DNA of 64,000 nt from positions 39,023 to 103,022 of the forward strand of contig DAOTXL010000002.1 of the NCBI GenBank assembly GCA_034435455.1, in the 5' to 3' direction. Under the pieces are notes generated by a model. That model was not told the origin of the DNA, ran no database searches, and worked only from the letters and a program-made list of their open reading frames with translations. Made by a program: the position numbers and the translations under genes. This DNA is from Anaerolineae bacterium. Lineage in GTDB: Bacteria > Chloroflexota > Anaerolineae > JAAYZQ01. Of the stretch, positions 8,611 to 15,724 are shown piece by piece (position 1 is the first letter of the stretch; each line of letters opens with the position of its first letter).

Positions 8611-10838
8611 GCCCTGTACACCTTGACGGCCATGTCTTCCCACGCCGTAGTCATGCCAGGGCAACCGATCTCCAACTGCTGAGCGACGGTCAGATTGGGA
8701 ACCAGGTCGCCGTCGTTGCCGCCCTGGCCGTACGCTACAGAAAGGCCGGGGCTCCAGTGGCCGAAGCCATGGTCCACGGCCACGCAGTCGGGGCGGATGC
8801 CGGCCGTCAGGTGGACCCGCACTTTGATCTTGCCGACAGATGACTCGACCCACACAGTTTCGCCCTCACCCACGCCCACCTTTTTCGCCAGTTCCGGATT
8901 CATGGTGGCGCAGTTTTCGGGGCAGAACTCGGCCAGGATGGGGTCGTTCTGGCTCTGGGACATCCGCTCCCACGGCTTGCGCCAGACGAGCAGATGCAGC
9001 GGGTATTGGTCGCTGAGCACGGCACGGGGCTCCTCCCAGCGGGGGAGCGGGTCGTATCCGTTTTTCTCCAGCACGGTCGAATACAGCTCGATCTTTTTGG
9101 ACGGCGTGCCGAACTCGGTCTTGGGCTCAAACGGTTTCTCCTTGCCCCACAACCCACCGTTGCCGCGAATCGCCTCGGCGGTGGTCTCCAACGCCGCCAG
9201 TTGGGCCTCCATGAACGCCTTGCCGCTCATCCCCTCCGGCACATAGTCAGTCAGGCCCATCTTCTTGAGGATGTTGATGGCGATATTGCTGAAACTGCGG
9301 GTATCGTACAGGGCCGGCAGCGCGTCGCGGAGCGCCACCTGGGGGTACATGGCGTGGTACTCGCGGGCCACCAGGCCGCTGGATTCGTAGAAGGTGTTGT
9401 CCGGCAGCACCACGTCGGCCAGTTGCACCATCTCGCTGGGCAGGATGTCGCTCACAGCGATAAAGTCCAGCGTCTTGAGCGCCTCGACCAGGCGGGGCGG
9501 GTTGGGGAAGGCCAGCAGGTTGTGTTTCCACACCAGGGCGACCTTCACCGGGTAGGGGTCCTGGGCCAGGATGCCCTCGGCCAGGGTGCTGAACGATCCC
9601 TTGTTGGTCGGCAGCAGAACGGGGAACTTGTCCAGCCCGTCAATCCGCGGGCCGTGGCCTGTTTCAGGATAATCGGGAAACTGCCAGACATCCCGCAACC
9701 CCGGGAACTTGGGCATGCGGTCCAGGATATGGCCGCCAGGCCGGTCTATGCTGCCCACCAGGGCGTCCAGGATGACGAAGCACTGGGCCGTGCGCCAGGA
9801 GTTGGTATAGTTGGGGCCGCCGGCGTCGCGCTTGTGGTGAGCGACCACCGCCGGCTTGGTCGTGGCGAACTCGCGGGCGATGCGGACGATGGTCTCGGCC
9901 GGCACCTCCGAGATGCCCGCTGCCCACTCGGGCGTGTACTCCTGCACCGCGGCCTTGAGCTGCTCCAGGCCGGTGGTGTAGTTGGCCACGAACTCTTTGT
10001 CGTACAACTCCTCGTTGATGATGGTGCGGATCATGGCCAGCAGCACGGCCAGGTCGGTGCCGGGCTTGATGGGGATCCACTCATTGGCCTTGGCGGCGGT
10101 GATGGACAGGCGTGGGTCAAAGACCACCAGTTTGGCCCCGTTGGCCCGGGCGGTGTTCAGCGAGCGTCCCCAGTGGTTCTTGGACTTGCCCATCCCATCC
10201 CAACCGAAAGCCAGGATGTATTTGGCTTCCTCGTAATCCGCCGTCCAGGTGCGGCCCTTGCCGGTGACCATGGCTCGCCAGACCACCTCGTGGGTGGAGT
10301 AGCAGGTGTTGTTGTGGGAGATCAGGTTGGGCGTGCCGATGGAGTAGGCAAAGTGCTTCTGCCAGGTCTGAGGGCGGGCCACGATCACGATGGCCTGAGG
10401 GCCGTATTGCTCGCGGACCCGGTTGAACTGGGCCGCGATCAGGTCAAACGCCTCGTCCCAGGTGATCTTGACCCAGCCGGGGTCCACGCTGACGCCCTTC
10501 TCCGGGTTGGTGCGTTTCATGGGGTACTTGAGCCGGTCCGGGTCGTAGAGGAGCCGGAGGCCCGAGTAACCCCGGACGCACATTTTGCCCTGGGCAATCT
10601 GGTCTTTGGGATTGCCGCTCAGTCGCACGATGCGCCCATTGCGCAGGTGGGCGATAAAGGCGCAGCCCATGGTACACACGTCGCAGGTGCCGTAGAGGAT
10701 GCCGTCCTCCTCGGGGGCGGCGTAGGCCGGCAGAGGGGCAAAGGCGGTCAACCCGCCGCCGAGCACCGCTGCTGCACCAGTCACCCCGCTCAGTTTGAGA
10801 AACTGCCGTCTGGATAACGTGAGATTCGATTGGCTCAT
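8607..10838 (-). CDS. Tat-dependent molybdopterin oxidoreductase catalytic (alpha) subunit, formate-dehydrogenase-N-like
   Basis: Twin-arginine signal MSQSNLTLSRRQFLKLSGV…; CDVCTMGCAF [4Fe-4S] motif; ATG 10838 with GGAGGAG RBS; no in-frame TGA (Cys-type, not Sec). Confidence 0.8.
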   Translation of the reverse strand: MSQSNLTLSRRQFLKLSGVTGAAAVLGGGLTAFAPLPAYAAPEEDGILYGTCDVCTMGCAFIAHLRNGRIVRLSGNPKDQIAQGKMCVRGYSGLRLLYDPDRLKYPMKRTNPEKGVSVDPGWVKITWDEAFDLIAAQFNRVREQYGPQAIVIVARPQTWQKHFAYSIGTPNLISHNNTCYSTHEVVWRAMVTGKGRTWTADYEEAKYILAFGWDGMGKSKNHWGRSLNTARANGAKLVVFDPRLSITAAKANEWIPIKPGTDLAVLLAMIRTIINEELYDKEFVANYTTGLEQLKAAVQEYTPEWAAGISEVPAETIVRIAREFATTKPAVVAHHKRDAGGPNYTNSWRTAQCFVILDALVGSIDRPGGHILDRMPKFPGLRDVWQFPDYPETGHGPRIDGLDKFPVLLPTNKGSFSTLAEGILAQDPYPVKVALVWKHNLLAFPNPPRLVEALKTLDFIAVSDILPSEMVQLADVVLPDNTFYESSGLVAREYHAMYPQVALRDALPALYDTRSFSNIAINILKKMGLTDYVPEGMSGKAFMEAQLAALETTAEAIRGNGGLWGKEKPFEPKTEFGTPSKKIELYSTVLEKNGYDPLPRWEEPRAVLSDQYPLHLLVWRKPWERMSQSQNDPILAEFCPENCATMNPELAKKVGVGEGETVWVESSVGKIKVRVHLTAGIRPDCVAVDHGFGHWSPGLSVAYGQGGNDGDLVPNLTVAQQLEIGCPGMTTAWEDMAVKVYRA

Positions 10839-11001
10839 AGAGACACACTCCTCCGCCGTCGTTGAACTCTTGGCGACAAGATCCGTCGCCGGGATACCAC
10901 AACGCCCACCAGCAAAGAGGTCGGTGGGCGTCACCCGGCAGGCCAGATTTCGACCACCTCCGGGCAAAGCTCCGCCTTCTCCCTTGCAGGGGCCGTCCTC
11001 C

Positions 11002-11010
11002 ATTGTACCA
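11002..11010 (-). promoter_or_regulatory. Extended -10 (TGgTACAAT) promoter candidate for the FDH-N-like operon, 155-nt structured leader
   Basis: Minus-strand ctggtacaat; leader 10839..10995 contains two GC hairpins (acgcccacc…ggtgggcgt; ggcgac…gtcgcc). Confidence 0.35.
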
Positions 11011-11183
11011 GGAACTGCCTGGCCGCACATCGTGCAAAGTGACATGTTTCACCTGGCACTTTGGGCAGACTATGCGCCGCAGCGACAGGCACACCTGGCG
11101 GAGACACGGACAGGCATTTTGGGCAAAGCCCTAAGCATTTAGCGCCGCCGCCCCACACCTTCCGGTGGAGCAGGGGATCATTT

Positions 11184-11212
11184 TTGCTCTGGCGTCGAGG
11201 ATCGGCTATAAT
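11184..11212 (+). promoter_or_regulatory. Sigma70-type promoter candidate (TTGCTC-17-TATAAT) upstream of plus-strand response regulator
   Basis: tttttgctctggcgtcgaggatcggctataatgg. Confidence 0.4.
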
Positions 11213-11363
11213 GGTTCCATTGAACAGTGGGTTCCTACCACAAGGACCCAAGAGCACAAAGGGCACGAGGCGAAGCAAGCAGATCAAGATTTCGTCTCCC
11301 TGGTGTCCTTTGTGCGCCCGGTTGGATGGTTCTTCAGCCGATCGTATCATCACGGAGAGAGAC

Positions 11364-12083
11364 GTGGGACGCATTCGTATCCTGCTGGCCGACGATCATG
11401 TGCTGGTGCGGGAGGGCACGCGGGAGCTGTTGGAGCGCGAACCGGACCTGGAGGTGGTGGCCGAGGCCGGTGACGGCCAGCAGGCCGTCGCCCTGGCCGC
11501 CGAATTGCGGCCCGACGTGGCCGTGTTGGACGCAGCCATGCCCGGTCTGAACGGCGTCGAGGCAGCCCGCCACATCAGGGCGGCCTGCCCGGACACAGCG
11601 GTGCTCATCCTCAGTGCCTACGACAGCGATGCCTACCTCTTTGCCGCGCTGGAAGCCGGGGCGACCGGCTATCTGCTCAAGAGCAGCCCGGCCCAGGAGC
11701 TGGTCCGCGCCGTGCGCACCCTGCACGCCGGCGGCTCGGCCCTGCATCCCGACATGGCCCGCAAGCTGGTGGACCGCTTCGCCCAACCTGGGGGCCGGGC
11801 GGCTGCTCCATCGCCGTCCCCCAACGGGGTCGAGGCCCTCAGCGATCGCGAGCTGGAGGTGCTGCGGCTCGCCGCCCAGGGCCTGACCAACCAGGACATT
11901 GCCCGCCGGCTGAACATCGGGCGGCGCACGGTCCAGTCGCACTTGGCCAGCATCTTTGCCAAGACCGGCAGCCAGTCGCGCACCGAGGCGGTGGTCGCCG
12001 CGTTGCGTAAGGGCTGGCTCAGCCTGGAGGAGACGGAGGGTGACGCACCCTGTGCTGGGAGACGGCGGCTGGCCGATGGCTGA
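11364..12083 (+). CDS. NarL/FixJ-family response regulator (REC + LuxR-type HTH)
   Basis: RIRILLADDHVLVREG…; C-terminal LuxR HTH; GTG start at 11364 with GGAGAGAG RBS (ORF track 11061..12083 upstream part not protein-like). Confidence 0.8.
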   Translation: MGRIRILLADDHVLVREGTRELLEREPDLEVVAEAGDGQQAVALAAELRPDVAVLDAAMPGLNGVEAARHIRAACPDTAVLILSAYDSDAYLFAALEAGATGYLLKSSPAQELVRAVRTLHAGGSALHPDMARKLVDRFAQPGGRAAAPSPSPNGVEALSDRELEVLRLAAQGLTNQDIARRLNIGRRTVQSHLASIFAKTGSQSRTEAVVAALRKGWLSLEETEGDAPCAGRRRLADG

Positions 12084-13551
12084 AAGCTTGCCTGAAAAAA
12101 CTCGGAGTGACGGCCCTGGTCGTCCGAAGGCGACTGAATTCGCCACTACGAAGGAGAAACTTGGGGGGGGCGCCAGGCTCAAGCTCGCCGTCCGCAGGCG
12201 GGGCTTTTGGGCCTGGCTGTTAATCCTGGCCCTGGCGACGGCCCTGCACTTTGGCGCCGGCAACCCCCTGCGTGCCCTGCTGGCCCAGGCTTCATTGCAA
12301 TTGACTCCCTGCCTGGTGGAACGGCTGCTCTTCCTGGTGCCGGTGGCCTTGGCGGCCTGGTATTTTGGTCCCGCCGCCGGCGCATTGACCATCGCCCTCT
12401 CCCTGGCCGTGATGCTGATCCGGACCATGATCTCCTCGTGCCGACCAGGAAGCGCCCTGGAAGAGATCACCGGCATCCTGGCCTTGGCCCTCCTTCTCAA
12501 CTGGATCCTTTCCCGGCTGCGGGCGGAGCAGCGGGAGCGGGAGCGAGAGCGACAGATCGGCCTGGAGCGGTTGCGTATCTCAGAGAGGCGCTTTCGGGGA
12601 CTATTCGAGAACGCCAGCGACGCCATCTGGCTGCAAGATGAGAGGGGGCGTGTGGTCCAGGCGAACGCCGCCTGCAGCCGGCTCACTGGCTACGGAGCGG
12701 GGGAACTGGTCGGTCAGCCGGTGGAAAAACTCCTGCCAGAACCGCCCACCGAGGGCAGCCAGGAACGGATGCTGCGGCGGAAGGATGGCAGTGAGGTGGT
12801 CGCCGAGGTAGTGGTCAGCGCTATGGCGGGCGACGGCGGCCCGGGTGGCTGGCTGTGCATCGCCCGCGATGTGACCGAGCGCCACCTGCGCGAAGAGTCC
12901 ACCCGCTTCTTTGCCCGCCAGGTGCTCCAGGCCCAGGAGGAGGAGCGGCGGCGCATCGCCCGCGAACTGCACGACAGCACCATCCAAAGCCTGGTGGTCG
13001 TCTCTAACCAACTGGAGGCGCTGGCTCTAAATGGACACGACCTGCCACCAGCCACGGGCGAGCGGGTACGCCAGATGCAGCGCCTGGTGCACCAGGCGCT
13101 GACCGAGGCGCGCCGCTTCAGTCAAAACCTGCGCCCGCCGGCCCTGGATGACCTGGGCCTGCTGCCCAGCCTGGAGGAGCTGGCCGCCGGCCTGCGGCGC
13201 GACGGGGGCCTGGCCGTCGAGGTGCTGGCCCTGGGCCAGGAACGGCGGCTGTCCCCCGAGACCGAGCTGGCTCTGTACCGCATCGTGCAGGAGGCGCTGA
13301 ACAACGTGCGCCGCCACGCCCACGCCACGGAGGCCATCGTCAACCTCCGTTTCTTCCCCGATGCGGTGCGGGTCGTGGTGCGCGACGACGGTCAGGGCTG
13401 CGAGCTGCCCGAATTCCTGGGCGACCTGGTGGCCACCGGGCGGCTGGGCCTGGCCGGCATCTACGAACGGGCGCACCTGCTGGGAGGCCGGGCTGAGATC
13501 CGCTCTGCGCCGGGGCAGGGGACGACGGTCTGCGTGGAGCTGCCGGGGTGA
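12076..13551 (+). CDS. Membrane sensor histidine kinase, PAS + HisKA_3 + HATPase (NarX/UhpB type)
   Basis: TM helices, PAS (RFRGLFENASDAIWLQD), H-box ELHDSTIQSL; ATG 12076 overlaps response regulator stop. Confidence 0.8.
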   Translation: MAESLPEKTRSDGPGRPKATEFATTKEKLGGGARLKLAVRRRGFWAWLLILALATALHFGAGNPLRALLAQASLQLTPCLVERLLFLVPVALAAWYFGPAAGALTIALSLAVMLIRTMISSCRPGSALEEITGILALALLLNWILSRLRAEQRERERERQIGLERLRISERRFRGLFENASDAIWLQDERGRVVQANAACSRLTGYGAGELVGQPVEKLLPEPPTEGSQERMLRRKDGSEVVAEVVVSAMAGDGGPGGWLCIARDVTERHLREESTRFFARQVLQAQEEERRRIARELHDSTIQSLVVVSNQLEALALNGHDLPPATGERVRQMQRLVHQALTEARRFSQNLRPPALDDLGLLPSLEELAAGLRRDGGLAVEVLALGQERRLSPETELALYRIVQEALNNVRRHAHATEAIVNLRFFPDAVRVVVRDDGQGCELPEFLGDLVATGRLGLAGIYERAHLLGGRAEIRSAPGQGTTVCVELPG

Positions 13552-13655
13552 GGCGCCAAACCAGCGCACCCATTGGCAAGCTGTGGTGCAATATCCGTGT
13601 ATGGCGGCGAAGACGTGCGCACCAGCGCATTGGATGCGACATTGCCCGTGGTGTG

Positions 13656-13688
13656 AAAAAAACCGCCGGGGTCTGCCAGACCTCGGCG
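13656..13688 (-). terminator. Rho-independent terminator for the NrfD-type operon (hairpin ccgccgaggtc-tggca-gaccccggcgg followed by U7 on minus strand)
   Basis: Plus strand shows aaaaaaa then ccgccggggtctgccagacctcggcgg; minus-strand transcript ends with hairpin + UUUUUUU 70 bp after NrfD stop. Confidence 0.6.
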
Positions 13689-13760
13689 GTCTCGGCGGCC
13701 GGAGGGGCCGCAGGCCAAAAGCGTGGCGAGCCTACCCCGGCCCCGCGCTTTTTGGCTGGT

Positions 13761-14924
13761 TCAGGCCGCAACCGGTAGCCCGGCGTGTTCCGACTCGCTG
13801 GCAACCTCCTCTTTGAACACCGGGAAGTAGTGGGTGATCAACGTATACGCAACAACACCACTTGCCAGCAGACCGATGGTGACGGCAAACTCCATCCAGT
13901 GGGGGAAGTAGCTCCCCGTAGGCACCATCTGGCCGATGACGCTGACATCAAGGCGGTTAAGAATTAAGCCCCCGACCACCAGTAGCGCCCCCCAGAACAG
14001 CCCGGCAGCGCTCTGTCGTACTTTGGGGATGGCGAACAACACGGCTGGCAACAGCACGCCCCCTACCATTTCGAGCAAGAACAGATTGCTCCGCACACTT
14101 CCTTCGAACATCAATCCGAACTCACCGGCAACCAGCAATTCAACCACCTTGAGCACAAAGTAGATTCCCAGCACGTAGGGTACGGCGCTGGCTAATCCAG
14201 AGAGAAGGTCTTTCTCCAGAGGCCGTTTCAAGGCTTTCGCGCTGACCACCGACTCCAGGATCACCATCGCCAGCCCTACCGCCACCGCGGAGGTGAAAAA
14301 GAACACGGGCAGTAAGGAAGAATACCACAGTGGGTAGAGCCGGTAGCGCAGGAGCAGAAACAGCGAGCCTAACGAGGACTGGTGCAGAGTGGAGAGGATC
14401 ACCCCGATGATCACCAGGGGGATCTGGATGGCACGAATGATACGCAGGGGCACCTGCCAGCCAAAGCGTTCAAAGACCACCGGGCTAAACTCCAGGGCCA
14501 TGACCGTAGTGTAAAGCATCACGCACCAGCCCACCTCAAAGAGCACCGAGTGAAAGTTCCAATAGATAATCAGGTGCCAGATATGATGCGGCTTGGCCAG
14601 GTCGGCCAGCAAGCCCAGGATGACCAGCAGATAGCCCAGGAAGCCGGTCAGCAACGCTGGCCGAACAATGGGGTGATACTTTTTCAGATTAAAGATGTAG
14701 ACGGTCGCAGCCACCACAAACGCTCCGGCGCCCAAGGCCACACCTGAGACTACGTCGAAGCCGATCCACAGACCCCAGGGATAGCTATCGCTCAGATTGG
14801 TGGCACGGCCCAAACCCAGGGCAAACCGGGCTACCCAGATCGCCATGCCGATCACCGCTACGGCTATCAGGATCCATAGTCCCACTGGAAGAGCACGCTT
14901 CTGTACTTTGGTTGCCTTTGTCAT
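13761..14924 (-). CDS. NrfD/PsrC/HybB-family polytopic membrane subunit (quinone-interacting anchor)
   Basis: 387 aa, 8-10 TM helices, typical NrfD-family pattern. Confidence 0.75.
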   Translation of the reverse strand: MTKATKVQKRALPVGLWILIAVAVIGMAIWVARFALGLGRATNLSDSYPWGLWIGFDVVSGVALGAGAFVVAATVYIFNLKKYHPIVRPALLTGFLGYLLVILGLLADLAKPHHIWHLIIYWNFHSVLFEVGWCVMLYTTVMALEFSPVVFERFGWQVPLRIIRAIQIPLVIIGVILSTLHQSSLGSLFLLLRYRLYPLWYSSLLPVFFFTSAVAVGLAMVILESVVSAKALKRPLEKDLLSGLASAVPYVLGIYFVLKVVELLVAGEFGLMFEGSVRSNLFLLEMVGGVLLPAVLFAIPKVRQSAAGLFWGALLVVGGLILNRLDVSVIGQMVPTGSYFPHWMEFAVTIGLLASGVVAYTLITHYFPVFKEEVASESEHAGLPVAA

Positions 14925-14925
14925 G

Positions 14926-15687
14926 TTACCCCTCCTTCGCTTCAGGGTGAGCAGCGCTTTCTTTCTGCAGTCGCTCCCGACGCTGGAAGAACCAATAGAA
15001 TCCGCTCAGGACCACTGCCAATCCCCCGATCCCGTAAGGCACGTAGGAGACCACCTGCTCACTCAACTTCGTGACCGGCTCCGTGCCCACCGTCGGGAAG
15101 CCTAGCTCCTCGAAGGGCACCGGGGAGATGTACAACCAGGAAGTCCCTCCCACTTCATGTTCCCCGTAGATGTGTTGCACGTACTTGCCGCTACTGGCCT
15201 GAATGCGCTGCTTGGCCTCAAGCAGCAGAGCGTCGCGCTCTCCGAACTTGAGGGCACCCGAGGGGCAGTCAGAGACACACGCTGGCTCTAATCCGGCTGC
15301 CTGGCGATCTGCACAGAAGGTACACTTTTGTATAGAGGGCAAGAGCGCGTCCCAGTTGAGCTTTGGCACACCGAACGGGCAGGCCGTCATGCAGTAGCGA
15401 CAGCCGATGCATTTATGGGCGTCGTATACGACCGGTCCATTGGCCGTCTTTTGCAAGGCACCCACCGGGCAGGCTGAGACGCAGGCCGGGTGCTCGCAGT
15501 GCATACATTGCCGCTTGGTAGTGAACAAGCGTACACCGGGGAATAGGCCCATCTCAAAGCTGTGAATGCGGGTCCACAAGACCCTCTTCTCCTCCACCGG
15601 CACCCCCCGGTTTAGCGTACAGGCTGCCGTACAGGTCTCACAGCCAATGCAGCGGCCGATATCTACCAACATCGCAGATGTGCTCAT
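14926..15687 (-). CDS. 4x[4Fe-4S] ferredoxin electron-transfer subunit (PsrB/HybA-like) with C-terminal TM helix
   Basis: CIGCETCTAAC, CMHCEHPACVSACP, CIGCRYCMTACP, CTFC…CVSDCP; ATG 15687 with AAGGAGGAG RBS. Confidence 0.8.
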   Translation of the reverse strand: MSTSAMLVDIGRCIGCETCTAACTLNRGVPVEEKRVLWTRIHSFEMGLFPGVRLFTTKRQCMHCEHPACVSACPVGALQKTANGPVVYDAHKCIGCRYCMTACPFGVPKLNWDALLPSIQKCTFCADRQAAGLEPACVSDCPSGALKFGERDALLLEAKQRIQASSGKYVQHIYGEHEVGGTSWLYISPVPFEELGFPTVGTEPVTKLSEQVVSYVPYGIGGLAVVLSGFYWFFQRRERLQKESAAHPEAKEG

Positions 15688-15724
15688 TCTGGCACTCCTC
15701 CTTTCACTGTCCTCAACGCCCGGC

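Noticed and set aside
8994-10817. 607-aa plus-strand ORF
   Set aside because: Antisense to the molybdoenzyme alpha subunit, which has clear Tat and FeS motifs.
8607-10838. Selenocysteine in the FDH-like alpha subunit
   Set aside because: No in-frame TGA interrupts the ORF, and no SECIS-like hairpin was looked for since the reading frame is continuous. Treated as a Cys/other-type enzyme.
8607-11045. N-terminal extensions in the ORF track (e.g. 69 codons upstream of alpha Tat signal; 128 codons upstream of PorB; 91 upstream of NifX-like)
   Set aside because: Extensions are GC-rich read-through lacking RBS. Internal ATG/GTG with Shine-Dalgarno and conserved N-terminal motifs (Tat signal, TPP domain) mark the real starts.
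11052-11066. Sigma54-like TGGCAC-N-GGGCA motif (and a second ggcattttgggca copy)
   Set aside because: GG to GC spacing is 8 nt rather than the required 10, and no EBP-type regulator is adjacent.
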